From an uncultured cyanobacterium (GTDB lineage: Bacteria > Cyanobacteriota > Cyanobacteriia > Cyanobacteriales > Cyanobacteriaceae), in assembly GCA_963749915.1 (NCBI GenBank), contig CAVVOP010000008.1:736001-800000 (forward strand): 64,000 bases of DNA, written 5' to 3'. Position numbers and translations under genes: made by a program. The notes below the pieces were generated by a model. It searched no databases. It saw nothing but the letters and a program-made list of their open reading frames with translations, and was not told the DNA's origin. This document shows, piece after piece, positions 42,660 to 53,594 of this stretch (within the stretch, counting starts at the first letter, position 1; each line of letters starts with the position of its first letter).

Positions 42660-44108
42660 ATGACCAGTGCCTATGTTTTGATTTTGGCAATGTTGATATT
42701 GGGAGGCTTAATTGCGGCATTAGGGGATCGCATTGGCACAAAAGTGGGTAAAGCTAGACTGAGACTGTTTCAACTGCGCCCGAAACAAACCGCCATAGTA
42801 ATTACTATTGGTACAGGAATATTAATTTCTGCCTCCACATTATTAATTTTATTTAGTTTAAGTGAATCTTTAAGACAGGGTATTTTTCAGTTAGATGAAA
42901 TCCTAAAAAAACGGAGAGAAATTACTGTTCAATTAGAAAAAGTTGAGCTAGAAAAAGAAAAAGTTGAAACTGAATTACAAGAAGCAAAAAAAAGACAAAA
43001 TTCCGTGAGACAATTGTTGAGTGTTACAGGAAAAGAATTAAAAAATACTCAAAATCAACTGAAAATTATTTCTACTCAAACCGAGACATTGAAAGAAGAA
43101 GTAAAGAAAATTTTTAGTGACAAAACAAAATTGCTAGCGGAAAAAAAAGAAATGGAAGAACAGAGTCAAAGGCTAGAAAAATCCATCATAGAAAGAGATC
43201 GAGATTTGCAGAATAAACAAGTACAAATAGAAGAACAGGAAAATATTTTACAACAACAAAAACAAAGTTTAACCCAATTACAAAATCGACAGAATCAATT
43301 ACAATCAGATATTAAATCCAGAGATCAGCAAATTTCCAAACTAGATAAAAATATCTTGGCCAAAGATCAAATTTTAAAAAATAAAGAGGATGAGTTATTA
43401 TCCTTAGAAAAGGAATTAGGATTTTATCGTCGAGAAGTAGAAATCTTGGAACAATATTATCAAACTTATCAAGATTTAAGAGAAAGACCTATTGCCCTTG
43501 TCAAAGGACAAGTATTGACCGTAACTCTAGTTAAAATAGAGGGAAATACTAATTTAGAAGAATTAATAGATGGAGTGTTAAACGAAGCTAATCGGGGAGT
43601 AATGTTGACTTTAGGTTACGGAAATCAGTTTAGAAATCAACGATTTGTGCAAATAACCAAAGGACAAGTAGAACAAATGAAAGAACAATTATCTCAAAAT
43701 GGAGAATATTTAGTGAGAATCTTGTCCGCAGGAAATTATGTCCAAGGGGAGGAAAACGTGAGAATTTTTGCAGATGTTACTCCTAATCAAAAAGTTTACG
43801 CTAAAAATGAACAAATCGCCTCTATTACTTTCGAGGCCAGCGATTTAAAGAGTACAGAGTTACAAGAAAAACTCGATTTTTTAATTTCTGTCAGTCAATT
43901 TCGTGCCAGGAGAGAAGGAATATTAGGTAAAATTCTTATCGGTGATGGTAAGATTGTCTCTCTAATTAACTTCATTCAACAGTTACAATTAGCGAATCAA
44001 TCCGTTGATGAAATTATATCTATAGCGGCGAATGAAACTTATACATCAGGACCATTACAAATTAATTTAGTGGTTATTTCTGACGGCGAAGAAATCTTCA
44101 GACTTTAA
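42660..44108 (+). CDS. DUF3084-family coiled-coil membrane protein
   Basis: GGLIAALGDRIGTKVGKARLRLFQLRPKQTA followed by a long coiled coil; conserved ntcA neighbour. Confidence 0.88.
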   Translation: MTSAYVLILAMLILGGLIAALGDRIGTKVGKARLRLFQLRPKQTAIVITIGTGILISASTLLILFSLSESLRQGIFQLDEILKKRREITVQLEKVELEKEKVETELQEAKKRQNSVRQLLSVTGKELKNTQNQLKIISTQTETLKEEVKKIFSDKTKLLAEKKEMEEQSQRLEKSIIERDRDLQNKQVQIEEQENILQQQKQSLTQLQNRQNQLQSDIKSRDQQISKLDKNILAKDQILKNKEDELLSLEKELGFYRREVEILEQYYQTYQDLRERPIALVKGQVLTVTLVKIEGNTNLEELIDGVLNEANRGVMLTLGYGNQFRNQRFVQITKGQVEQMKEQLSQNGEYLVRILSAGNYVQGEENVRIFADVTPNQKVYAKNEQIASITFEASDLKSTELQEKLDFLISVSQFRARREGILGKILIGDGKIVSLINFIQQLQLANQSVDEIISIAANETYTSGPLQINLVVISDGEEIFRL

Positions 44109-44118
44109 GCATAAGCAG

Positions 44119-45792
44119 TTAACAATTAACATTGGCTTCAAATAAGGGACAATAACCATCGTTAGGTACTTTCAAACCATCTAAAGGGGAATTATGATTA
44201 TTACAGGATTGATCTTGATAATAAAAACAATTACCGCAAGATTCTGGATTTAATTGACGACGCAGTAAACTATTTTGTTGTAATAATTCTCGTTGAGATA
44301 ATCCCCTTAACACCAATTCGTCTCCTTGCCAACGTGTCTCCACTAAACCCGTATCGGCGAAATTTTGCCACCTTGGATCTCGGTTAATTTGTTCTGGTAA
44401 AGTAATGGTAATATAAGCACCTGTTTCGTTTAACTCCCCTTCATAGTTAGTTTGAAGGGTTACTTTCGGTTGCATAAATTTTGCACCAATGGGTAAGTCA
44501 ACCATCATTCCCACCCCAGGAGAGTGTAATTGATAACGATTTTGCAATTCTTCTAAGCAGGTTAAGTCAGCTAAATAATTCGGCGAACCATGGATAAATA
44601 TAATATGTTGTGGTCTTAAGTTATGTATGAGTTGGGTTGTGTTTCTACCGTCGCTATGTTCGGCTAAAAGATAATCTTCAAGGATGATTTTTTCTGGATC
44701 AATATTTGCTGTAAATTGTTTAAATGTCAAGTTCTGATTTATTTTTGACTGTTCAGGAATTAAAACTAACCATTTTTCCTGACTTTTACCGCAATATTCT
44801 TCTAAATGGCTTAATTCATCTGTTAAGACTATACTGGGGGCGGTTATTAATTCATCACGGGAAATACCTTTATTTACTCGTCGCATTCTCGGTTTTATCT
44901 TGTCATCCCAGAATAGTGGCTGATGTTTAGCAAAATTTCGGACATTGGCGGGAAAATAATCCATTAACTCTAAATATAAATCACAGGCCTTGGGCAAGTC
45001 TCCATCTACCCAAATATCTAAATTTGATCCTGTAAATTGATGATGCGATCGCAATAATTTTAATAATTCTTGACCTAAACCAAAAGTAGGCACTGGTAAA
45101 ATAACATTAACATTCTCCGTCAAAGCAGATTTAATTCTCTCCATCAGATGTTTTTCTTGTTGGCGGCGGTGAGGGTGTCGTGCTGTACCATAGCTACCTT
45201 CAATTATCAAGACATCTGGATTTAGACCTCGTAAACTATCAAGGGATAATCCTTCTACTAACTGTAAATTAGATAAACAGAAATCTCCGGTATAGAAAAT
45301 TTTATAAACTCGATTATTATAATAGTATTGGAATAAAAAAGAGGCGGCACCCGGTAAATGTCCTGATGGATATAATTCCACTGTCAAATCCGATTGCAAC
45401 TTAATGGGTGATTCCTGAGAATTAGTTGGCGATCGCCAAGGCAAAACTTGGGCAAAGGATAAAGAAGCAGTGTTTTTTTGATCTAACCAATTAAGAGGAA
45501 GTAACTTAGCGGTGACATCACTGGTATAAATGGGTAAATCAGGGAATCGTTGATGTAAAGACAGTAACCCACGAGCGTGATCTTCATGAGCATGACTACA
45601 GAAAACCCAATCTGCGGGAGGCCGATTATTCGGGCATAAAGAATCTATTTCCTCTAAACCGCAATCAAGTAAAATACGGTAATTACCAATGCTGAGTAAG
45701 ATAGCCACCCCTTCAGTATAATTACCAACACCAAAGGGATAACAAGAAAGAGGAATTTGCGGAGAGGAAAATATTTCTTGCCGCTTAATCAT
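44119..45792 (-). CDS. Metallo-beta-lactamase/beta-CASP-fold hydrolase (putative nuclease)
   Basis: LLDCG, SHAHEDH, SGHLPGA, YTGDF, EGSYG, EHSD, IHG; C-terminal Cys cluster. Confidence 0.88.
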   Translation of the reverse strand: MIKRQEIFSSPQIPLSCYPFGVGNYTEGVAILLSIGNYRILLDCGLEEIDSLCPNNRPPADWVFCSHAHEDHARGLLSLHQRFPDLPIYTSDVTAKLLPLNWLDQKNTASLSFAQVLPWRSPTNSQESPIKLQSDLTVELYPSGHLPGAASFLFQYYYNNRVYKIFYTGDFCLSNLQLVEGLSLDSLRGLNPDVLIIEGSYGTARHPHRRQQEKHLMERIKSALTENVNVILPVPTFGLGQELLKLLRSHHQFTGSNLDIWVDGDLPKACDLYLELMDYFPANVRNFAKHQPLFWDDKIKPRMRRVNKGISRDELITAPSIVLTDELSHLEEYCGKSQEKWLVLIPEQSKINQNLTFKQFTANIDPEKIILEDYLLAEHSDGRNTTQLIHNLRPQHIIFIHGSPNYLADLTCLEELQNRYQLHSPGVGMMVDLPIGAKFMQPKVTLQTNYEGELNETGAYITITLPEQINRDPRWQNFADTGLVETRWQGDELVLRGLSQRELLQQNSLLRRQLNPESCGNCFYYQDQSCNNHNSPLDGLKVPNDGYCPLFEANVNC

Positions 45793-45804
45793 AAATCATA
45801 AACT

Positions 45805-45927
45805 TTAATGTGCAGAACCATTTCCGTCATAGTCATCAGAATCATAGAAACCGTTTCTAGTACCGAAAAACAATGCCGAAACAATAAATAAACCCGTTAA
45901 GATAATCATTAACATTTTAACGTCCAT
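45805..45927 (-). CDS. ndhP: NDH-1L complex small subunit NdhP (40 aa, not in ORF track)
   Basis: Manual translation gives MDVKMLMIILTGLFIVSALFFGTRNGFYDSDDYDGNGSAH*: one TM helix plus the characteristic FFGTRNGFYD...GNGSAH C-terminus. Confidence 0.93.
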   Translation of the reverse strand: MDVKMLMIILTGLFIVSALFFGTRNGFYDSDDYDGNGSAH

Positions 45928-46034
45928 AGGGAATAATTTCTCCAGATTTTTAAGCTATTGATCTGTATTGTAGAACTTTAATAAATTTATCGGTTTATTT
46001 CCCAAAACCCTCGCAGTATTGGCTGGGATTATTA

Positions 46035-47633
46035 CTAAAATGCGATGGCACTTAATTTTAAATCAGGATGATCCCCTTGTAACTGATTAACATTCCACTC
46101 ATTACGAAATAGCAACACCGGGCGATGGAGGGCATCTTTTACCGTCATAGTATTAAATATACGCCCCACTTTTTCCAAAGCGTCCCAACCATCGACAACC
46201 CAACGTGCCACACTAAAGGGAATCGGTTCTAATCTCGTTTCCACATTATACTCACTTAACATCCGAAATTGTACCACTTCAAACTGTAATTGACCAACGG
46301 CGGCTAAAATGGGATCCCGAATAAACTCATCAGTGGAGTACATTATTTGCACTGCACCTTCTTCCTGCAGTTGTTGAATACCTTTCTGAAACTGTTTAAA
46401 TTGAGATGGGTTAGGGTTTTTTAAATAAGAAAATAATTCAGGAGAAAAGCAAGGGATTCCTTCATATTCTAATTTTTTGCCTAAGTAAATAGTGTCCCCA
46501 ATGGCAAAAACTCCTGGATTATTCAGGCCGATAACATCTCCCGGATAGGCTTCTTCTATAGATTCTCTACCTTGGGCGAATAATTTTTGAGGATGTGATA
46601 AGCGTACTGTTTTTCCTGTACGGGCATGATTTACCGCCATGTCTTTTTCAAATTTACCAGTGCAAACCCTCACAAATGCCACTCTATCACGGTGTTTAGG
46701 ATCCATATTTGCCTGCAATTTGAACACAAAACCTGTAAAATCGGGATAGGTTGGCTCTAATGCACCTAAAGTTGATTTTCTTGGTGTTGGTGGCAAAGCA
46801 TAATCTAAGAAGGATTGCAAGAATAAATTTACTCCAAAATTAGTCATGGCACTACCGAAAAATACAGGAGTCATTTTGCCAGCGTGGATGGCTTTTAAGT
46901 CAAATTCTGCTCCCACTTCATGGACCATTTCTAATTCTTCTAAGGTTTGCTCATATAATTGTGTATCTAAATATTTTTTTAGACTTTCATCACCCTTTGG
47001 AATGATTATTTCTGGTACTTCTTTGCTTCCATGTGCCATCCTTTCGAACAGGTGATAAGCCTTTTGACGGCGATCGAAAACTCCTTTAAAATAGTCACCA
47101 ATACCCACAGGATAGTTAACAGGATAGGTTTTTAAGCCCAATTCTTGCTCAATTTCGTCTAATAAATCTAAAGCATCTCTCCCCGGACGATCCATTTTAT
47201 TGATAAAAGTAAAGATGGGAAGCCCTCTTAATTTACATACTTCAAACAGTTTACGAGTTTGTGGTTCCAAACCTTTCGCCGCGTCAATTAACATGACCGC
47301 ATTATCCGCCGCCGCTAAAGTGCGATAGGTGTCTTCACTAAAATCTTGGTGTCCCGGAGTATCCAATAAATTAAGATGATGGTTATTATATTCAAACTGT
47401 AAGACCGTAGAAGTAATGGAGATACCTCGTTGTTTTTCCAACTCCATCCAGTCAGATGTAACTCGCCGTTGTTCACCTCTAGCCTTTACTGCCCCCGCCT
47501 GATGTATTGCACCTCCGTACAATAACAATTTTTCAGTTAGGGTTGTTTTTCCGGCGTCAGGATGAGAAATAATAGCAAAATTACGGCGTTTACTAACAGC
47601 TGAAACTAATTCTTGTTCGGTGGTTAAGGACAT
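46035..47633 (-). CDS. prfC: Peptide chain release factor 3
   Basis: [49 protein letters not shown]. Confidence 0.97.
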   Translation of the reverse strand: MSLTTEQELVSAVSKRRNFAIISHPDAGKTTLTEKLLLYGGAIHQAGAVKARGEQRRVTSDWMELEKQRGISITSTVLQFEYNNHHLNLLDTPGHQDFSEDTYRTLAAADNAVMLIDAAKGLEPQTRKLFEVCKLRGLPIFTFINKMDRPGRDALDLLDEIEQELGLKTYPVNYPVGIGDYFKGVFDRRQKAYHLFERMAHGSKEVPEIIIPKGDESLKKYLDTQLYEQTLEELEMVHEVGAEFDLKAIHAGKMTPVFFGSAMTNFGVNLFLQSFLDYALPPTPRKSTLGALEPTYPDFTGFVFKLQANMDPKHRDRVAFVRVCTGKFEKDMAVNHARTGKTVRLSHPQKLFAQGRESIEEAYPGDVIGLNNPGVFAIGDTIYLGKKLEYEGIPCFSPELFSYLKNPNPSQFKQFQKGIQQLQEEGAVQIMYSTDEFIRDPILAAVGQLQFEVVQFRMLSEYNVETRLEPIPFSVARWVVDGWDALEKVGRIFNTMTVKDALHRPVLLFRNEWNVNQLQGDHPDLKLSAIAF

Positions 47634-47790
47634 TTTTGATAATTAATAAATAATAGTTAAGACCGTGATCACAATAGTACTGTATGCCTGTTCAAAAGCA
47701 CGGTTCTAGGAGTGATGAGAATGACATTGGTGAGGGCTAATACCGAGCCCCTTGAGATTTAATTGTTAATTGTTCATTATCAATTGATTG

Positions 47791-48078
47791 CTAGTGATTG
47801 ACTTTCTCGACTCTTTCTAGTTGCCAGAGAATTTGATTTCCTTCTCGCCTTACCCTTGAAACAATCCAGTTACGCCATGACCATTCCTCACCCCTACTAG
47901 TCACTGCACTGGCATTAATATCCATTAAATCTGCTAATTCGGAGCTAGTGATTAAGTAACCGTTTTTAGAAATATCTTCTGCAATATGCAAAGTATCAAT
48001 CATATTGCTGAGCTGTTTAACTCTTTCATCACGATTGAGAGTTTGTTCTTCCATACTATTTGTATAAGATTCATTCAT
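47791..48078 (-). CDS. Conserved cyanobacterial hypothetical protein
   Basis: 95 aa; GYLITSSELADLMDINASAVTSRG.EWSWRNW..SRVRREGNQILWQ. Confidence 0.8.
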   Translation of the reverse strand: MNESYTNSMEEQTLNRDERVKQLSNMIDTLHIAEDISKNGYLITSSELADLMDINASAVTSRGEEWSWRNWIVSRVRREGNQILWQLERVEKVNH

Positions 48079-48357
48079 AATTTTAAATTAGTAATATTCG
48101 TTACACTTTACTTTTTTTTTGCTTATATTTTAACATCTATAATAATAGATTTTACTAAAGAAATTACAATTTTATCTGCCAATCTTCTCTATATTCATCA
48201 ATTTTCGTAATTTAACGATCAAGTATATTTTTCTATAGTCAGCAAATGTGAGGTTTATTTAAGCACTTTTATTTTTGATAATTATGAGTTCATGATCAAA
48301 AAATTAGCCGGTGAGGAAAACCATGAATTTCCCGAACCATGTTATATTTAAAATTAT

Positions 48358-48372
48358 TGAGAATAATTCTTA
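48358..48372. promoter_or_regulatory. Putative Fur box (7-1-7)
   Basis: TGAGAAT-A-ATTCTTA, a near-perfect 7-1-7 inverted repeat 32 bp upstream of an Fe(III) ABC ATPase gene. Confidence 0.6.
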
Positions 48373-48404
48373 TTTAAATTATTTTATAGTGTTTTTGTAT
48401 TGTC

Positions 48405-49463
48405 ATGACAGAATCAGCAATTCTTAAAGTAAAAGGAGTTAGTAAATTATTTGCTGGAAATCAAATTCCTGCGGTGAATCAAGTTTGTTTTGATTTACGA
48501 CAAGGGGAGTTATTAGGGTTATTAGGTCCTTCCGGATGCGGTAAAACGACCTTGTTAAGGATGATTGCTGGATTTGAAAAACCTTCTCAGGGGATTATTG
48601 AGTTAGAGGGAAGAATTGTGACGGGGGGTATAAACTGGGTAGAACCAGAAAAACGTCGTACGGGCATGGTATTTCAGGATTATGCTTTATTTCCTCATCT
48701 CAATGTGGCTGATAATATTGCTTTTGGCTTAAAAACAAAAAAACCCCACCCTAATCGTCAACAAATTAACCGTCGAGTTGCAGAAATTTTACAATTAGTC
48801 GGTTTAAGTGGCTTTGAAAAACGTTATCCCCATGAGTTATCTGGTGGACAACAACAAAGAATTGCTCTAGCTAGAGCGTTAGCACCTCAACCTGACTTAA
48901 TTTTATTAGATGAGCCTTTAAGTAATTTAGATGTACAAGTGAGGGAAAAACTCCGTCATCAAGTGCGCACAATATTAAAAAGTACCAACACCGCCGCTAT
49001 TTTTGTTACCCATGATCAAGAAGAAGCTATGGCCATCGCGGATAAAATAGGGGTAATGGAGAAAGGAAAATTAGCCCAAATAGGTACACCAGAAGATGTT
49101 TATACCAAACCTGATTGTAAATTTGTGGCAGAATTTGTTACTCAAGCAAATTTCTTACAAGCGACAAAACGAGGAGATTTATGGTGTACAGAATTGGGAG
49201 AATGGTGTGTTGATGCCCCCGTTAGTTTCCGTCAAGGGGAATTAATGTTCCGTCAAGAAGACGCGATACTGCTACCTGACGAGAATGGAACTACCGTGAT
49301 TGAGGAAAGAGAATTTTTAGGAAGAGAATATCGTTATTGTTTGCAAACTCATTCAGGCAAAATACTTCATGCTCGCACAGATGTAAAAACTCAGTTAGCC
49401 GTGGGCACTAAAGTTAAACTAGATATTATCCCGAAAACTGCACAAATTTTTCCTGCGGCTTAA
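48405..49463 (+). CDS. futC: ABC transporter ATP-binding protein, Fe(III) uptake FutC/FbpC-like
   Basis: GPSGCGKT, MVFQDYALFPHL, LSGGQQQR, LLDEP, C-terminal TOBE-like domain; Fur-like box upstream. Confidence 0.8.
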   Translation: MTESAILKVKGVSKLFAGNQIPAVNQVCFDLRQGELLGLLGPSGCGKTTLLRMIAGFEKPSQGIIELEGRIVTGGINWVEPEKRRTGMVFQDYALFPHLNVADNIAFGLKTKKPHPNRQQINRRVAEILQLVGLSGFEKRYPHELSGGQQQRIALARALAPQPDLILLDEPLSNLDVQVREKLRHQVRTILKSTNTAAIFVTHDQEEAMAIADKIGVMEKGKLAQIGTPEDVYTKPDCKFVAEFVTQANFLQATKRGDLWCTELGEWCVDAPVSFRQGELMFRQEDAILLPDENGTTVIEEREFLGREYRYCLQTHSGKILHARTDVKTQLAVGTKVKLDIIPKTAQIFPAA

Positions 49464-49560
49464 TATAACGTGAGGAGAAAAATAAATTTCTCAGTTTATT
49501 TAAAATTTTGTTGGCATTTTTCAAAAAGATTAGCTAGAATATGACAATGTGAAAACTAAT

Positions 49561-49642
49561 GGGTCGATGCCCGAGTGGTTAATGGGGGCGGACTGTAAAT
49601 CCGCTGGCTACGCCTACGCTGGTTCAAATCCAGCTCGGCCCA
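49561..49642 (+). tRNA. trnY: tRNA-Tyr(GTA)
   Basis: Acceptor stem GGGTCGA/TCGGCCC, anticodon arm GCGGA-CTGTAAA-TCCGC, long variable arm, GGTTCAAATCC T-loop. Confidence 0.97.
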
Positions 49643-49645
49643 TAT

Positions 49646-49717
49646 GCCTTTGTAGCTCAGTGGTAGAGCACACCCTTGGTAAGGGTGAGGTCACGAGTTC
49701 AATCCTCGTCAAAGGCT
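49646..49717 (+). tRNA. trnT: tRNA-Thr(GGT)
   Basis: Acceptor stem GCCTTTG/CAAAGGC, anticodon arm CACCC-TTGGTAA-GGGTG, GTTCAATC T-loop. Confidence 0.97.
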
Positions 49718-49833
49718 TTTCAATTTATATCGGCAAAACGCTTTATCTATAACTGTTTTTAAGTCAATTTTTTGTGTTTTTAGATCATTGCGACTAATCA
49801 TAGTAAAACTTATTGATTAAATTAATTATGGTC

Positions 49834-50253
49834 TTAATGAGGATGTAAAATTACATTAGTTTTCATTTCCTCTAAACATTGTCCCAAGGTAAGTCCTTGA
49901 AAAATTTCCCACCATTTGCCAGTATGTCTCATATAGGCAATATTAAAACTATCTTTGCCCACGTATTCTAAGCGAGCAAATTTTGTTTCAAAGCTCGGTG
50001 AAATAGCCCTTGGACTGGGACAATTATAGGTAGAACAGAAGTAAAAATAGTTGCCATACCATTTACCAAAAATATCCACCAGATAGTTCCAATCATTGTC
50101 GGTTGAGGCTGGCTTAATATGTTTGGGTTTAAGTTCGGTTTCAATTAATTCATTACATTTCTCGGAAATTAATTGTTTTTCGCTTTCTGGAACTTTTGGT
50201 TTGGGCGGTTTAGGAGGACTGTAAACCCACATTTTTTTGTTTTTTCTAGCCAT
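49834..50253 (-). CDS. Hypothetical protein (C-terminus DUF3024-like)
   Basis: 139-aa ATG ORF; FARLEYV...YMRHTGKWW...LTLGQCLEE resembles DUF3024-type proteins (family call from recollection). Confidence 0.7.
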   Translation of the reverse strand: MARKNKKMWVYSPPKPPKPKVPESEKQLISEKCNELIETELKPKHIKPASTDNDWNYLVDIFGKWYGNYFYFCSTYNCPSPRAISPSFETKFARLEYVGKDSFNIAYMRHTGKWWEIFQGLTLGQCLEEMKTNVILHPH

Positions 50254-50287
50254 AGTAAATTTATAAATTTAATTAATTCTGCTGTTA

Positions 50288-50581
50288 TTATCTAATTCTA
50301 AATAAATTTAGATAACTTAACTCTTGCTTCTGTTGCGGTGAACCTAACTGAAAAGCCTTTTGAATGTTGTCATCAACTTCAATAATTATTTGTTGCCTAA
50401 TTTTAGTGGCACAGTAACAGAAGAACAACTAGAAAAGTGGTTTATTGATGAGAGCAAAAAGATTAATTAGTGTCTATTTATCGAAGATTTTATCAACGAA
50501 TTGAACCAAGGTCTGAAAATATACCAACCAGAGATGGGGTTAAGTCGAATTCAGCTTAAAACAAATCTCTCCCTATTATGA
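50288..50581. pseudogene. Cluster of short gene fragments (possible antitoxin-like, Doc-like and transposase-like remnants)
   Basis: Startless protein-like fragments: RQQIIIEVDDNIQKAFQLGSPQQKQEL (minus, 50288-50398), FSGTVTEEQLEKWFIDESKKIN* (plus, 50402-50470) and LFIEDFINELNQGLKIYQPEMGLSRIQ (plus, from 50474). Confidence 0.35.
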
Positions 50582-50751
50582 TTTCTTCAAAACAAAAATT
50601 AACATTAGGAATTGTTAGATCCTGAAAAAATCTTGCTAGATTGTTGATATCAGCTCATTATCTAGATATTGATGCAAACCAATAACAAACTCATTAACCA
50701 TAGACATCTACTAGATCACAAATCAGCATTCATAACGCAACTCACTTACAA

Positions 50752-52335
50752 ATGGATTTAACAAATTTTCCTTGGCTAACAACCATTATTCTCTTTCCCA
50801 TCATCGCCTCTTTATTCGTCTTCGTCATCCCTGATAAAGATGGTAAAACCGTTAGATGGTATGCCTTAATCGTAGGCTTAATCGATTTCGTCTTCATTAT
50901 TTATGCTTTTTGTCAAGGCTACGACTTCAACAACCCCGATTTACAATTAGTCGAAAGTTATACATGGGTTGCCGATATTGACTTAAAATGGTCAGTGGGT
51001 GCGGATGGTTTATCTATGCCTCTGATTCTACTAACAGGCTTCATCACTACTTTAGCTATCATGGCAGCCTGGCCTGTTAGTTTCAAGCCTAAATTATTCT
51101 ATTTTCTCATGTTGGCAATGTACGGCGGACAAATTGCTGTTTTTGCTGTGCAAGATATGCTACTTTTTTTCTTGGTGTGGGAATTGGAATTAGTGCCCGT
51201 TTATCTGATCCTCTCTATTTGGGGCGGTAAACGGCGATTATATGCGGCTACCAAATTTATCATTTACACCGCTGGAGGTTCATTATTCATTCTTGTAGCA
51301 GGGTTAACCATGGCTTTTTATGGGGATACTGTCACCTTTGATATGACTGCCATCGCCCACAAGGATATAGGATTCAATCTTCAGTTATTATTATATGGTG
51401 GCCTATTAATCGCTTATGGTGTGAAACTGCCTATCTTTCCCCTGCATACATGGCTACCAGATGCCCACGGAGAGGCTACAGCTCCAGCCCATATGTTACT
51501 AGCCGGGATTCTTCTAAAAATGGGTGGTTATGCCTTAATTCGTATGAATGCAGGAATGTTACCAGATGCCCACGCTTCTTTTGCACCAATTTTAATTATA
51601 TTAGGGGTGGTAAATATCATTTATGCCGCTTTCACCTCCTTTGCACAAAGGAACTTGAAGCGGAAAATTGCCTATTCCTCCATCTCTCACATGGGATTTG
51701 TGTTAATTGGCATTGCCTCTTTTACTGATATTGGTATGAGTGGGGCAATGTTACAGATGATTTCTCACGGCTTAATCGGTGCAAGTTTATTCTTCATGGT
51801 AGGTGCTACATACGATCGCACTCATACTCTCATGTTAGACGAAATGGGCGGAGTTGGGCAAAAAATGAAAAAAATCTTTGCCATGTGGACAACTTGCTCG
51901 ATGGCATCCCTTGCCTTGCCCGGAATGAGCGGATTCGTGGCAGAATTGATGGTATTTATCGGCTTTGCCACCAGTGATGCTTATAGTTTTACTTTTAAGC
52001 TGATCATGGTATCTCTTGCCGCCGTTGGTGTCATCTTAACCCCCATTTACCTATTATCCATGTTAAGGGAAATGCTATACGGTGAAGAAAACAAAGAACT
52101 AGTCTCTCATACTAATTTAATCGATGCCGAACCTAGAGAGGTATTTATTATCGCTTGTCTTCTCATCCCCATTATTGGTGTTGGCTTATATCCAAAAATT
52201 GTCACCCAAATTTATGATTCTAGTACCCAAAAACTCACCGCTTTGTTGCGTAATTCCGTGCCTAGTTTACAAGTTAAAACCATAGCGGGAAATAACCCTC
52301 AATTTGTGGCTTTGAACGCACCAAAAATTGACTAA
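50752..52335 (+). CDS. ndhD1: NAD(P)H-quinone oxidoreductase subunit 4 (NdhD1-type)
   Basis: FPWLTTIIL...[44 protein letters not shown]; multi-TM. Confidence 0.93.
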   Translation: MDLTNFPWLTTIILFPIIASLFVFVIPDKDGKTVRWYALIVGLIDFVFIIYAFCQGYDFNNPDLQLVESYTWVADIDLKWSVGADGLSMPLILLTGFITTLAIMAAWPVSFKPKLFYFLMLAMYGGQIAVFAVQDMLLFFLVWELELVPVYLILSIWGGKRRLYAATKFIIYTAGGSLFILVAGLTMAFYGDTVTFDMTAIAHKDIGFNLQLLLYGGLLIAYGVKLPIFPLHTWLPDAHGEATAPAHMLLAGILLKMGGYALIRMNAGMLPDAHASFAPILIILGVVNIIYAAFTSFAQRNLKRKIAYSSISHMGFVLIGIASFTDIGMSGAMLQMISHGLIGASLFFMVGATYDRTHTLMLDEMGGVGQKMKKIFAMWTTCSMASLALPGMSGFVAELMVFIGFATSDAYSFTFKLIMVSLAAVGVILTPIYLLSMLREMLYGEENKELVSHTNLIDAEPREVFIIACLLIPIIGVGLYPKIVTQIYDSSTQKLTALLRNSVPSLQVKTIAGNNPQFVALNAPKID

Positions 52336-52350
52336 TAACGACACTTTAAA

Positions 52351-52399
52351 TCCCCAATCTTCGCCTTTCGTATTTTACAAAAGCGATTGGGGACTTTTT
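52351..52399 (+). terminator. Putative intrinsic terminator after ndhD1
   Basis: Stem TCCCCAATC/GATTGGGGA followed by CTTTTT. Confidence 0.65.
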
Positions 52400-52671
52400 G
52401 TCAAAATATAATTAAAGGGATATTCACGGAGTACAACTTATAATCAAGCTATTTAAAAAGAAACAAAAAGACTATTAGGCATTAATTATGAACAACTACA
52501 AGAACTGTAAGATTAAGAGTAAAAAGCTTAATAGTTAAAAGCTTTACTATTCCTCGATTATAAATTTTAGGAGAGGTCTATTGGAGATTTACATCTTTTT
52601 TCATCGAACTCACGGTAATTTTATGTTATCTTTTATTCTCACACTGAGTGATTTTCATAAAACTACTAATA

Positions 52672-53211
52672 ATGATGAAATTATTTAACAATTATCACTA
52701 TGGTTGGATTTTAGCCTTGAGCTTTATTACTATCAGTTGTACGGCTACTCCTTCTTCTGTATCAGGTAACGACGAAAATATTTTAGAAAGTATTCCCGTT
52801 GAAAAAAATTCTCTAGGACAGAATCTGCCCATCGGTGCGAAGTTATTGTTCAAGGATCAAATAATAGAGTTGGAAATTGCTAAAACACCTCAACAGCAAC
52901 AGATTGGTTTAATGTATCGTGATTTTTTATCTCCTAATCGTGGGATGTTGTTTCCCTTTAATCCCCCCCAAACGGTGAGTTTTTGGATGAAAAATGTCTC
53001 TATTCCCCTCGATATCATTTTTGTCTCCGAAGGAATTGTTAAACAGATCGCTAAAAATGCCCTTCCCTGTAAGGTTGAATATTGTCCTCTTTATAATTCA
53101 AATGTTTTTATAGATCAAGTTATAGAGTTGGCGGGTAATAGAACTGAAGAACTAAATATTCAGATTGGCGATCGCATCAATATCGAAATGTTAGAGGAAA
53201 AAGAAAAATAA
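52672..53211 (+). CDS. DUF192-family putative lipoprotein
   Basis: Lipobox-like FITISC; GLMYR...GMLFPF...FWMKNVSIPLDIIF...VIEL; ATG at 52672 preferred. Confidence 0.9.
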   Translation: MMKLFNNYHYGWILALSFITISCTATPSSVSGNDENILESIPVEKNSLGQNLPIGAKLLFKDQIIELEIAKTPQQQQIGLMYRDFLSPNRGMLFPFNPPQTVSFWMKNVSIPLDIIFVSEGIVKQIAKNALPCKVEYCPLYNSNVFIDQVIELAGNRTEELNIQIGDRINIEMLEEKEK

Positions 53212-53403
53212 GTGAAAAAAGGTTGGCAAAAATTAACTTCATGGTGTAGAATGAACTACTTAATAACTGTTACTATCGGCTAGTTACGATTGTTGCCACA
53301 ACCTATTTAGGGTTTGCCGAGGAAATAAATATTGGCGTGAGGATGGGGAATAGGGAATAGGCAATGGCTAATAATAGGTAAGGCTCATAACCTTCTTAAG
53401 GGT

Positions 53404-53594
53404 TCTGACTTTTCGCGGGATCTTTTTCGGGACTCGGGCGCTCGCCGTAGGCGCACTTTCGGTGACCGCCAAATTCCCATTCTCCAAGCCTGATTCTTTC
53501 GTTGGCTATTCTCATTAAGCAAAGATTATTGAGAATCAGGCTGGAGGGAAACCCTTATTTAGAGGGGCTTTTAGAAATGCCGTGAAAAGTCAGA
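53404..53594. mobile_element. 191-bp MITE with target-site duplication
   Basis: TIRs TCTGACTTTTCGCGG and CCGTGAAAAGTCAGA (14/15 match). Direct repeat TTAAGGGT at 53396-53403 and 53595-53602. Internal inverted repeat AGCCTGATTCT...AGAATCAGGCT. Confidence 0.88.

Noticed and set aside
49549..49752. 67-aa ORF
   Set aside because: Translation of the tRNA-Tyr/tRNA-Thr genes
49700..50751. attL/attR duplication of the tRNA-Thr 3' end and an integrase
   Set aside because: I found no second copy of the tRNA 3' end and no integrase ORF
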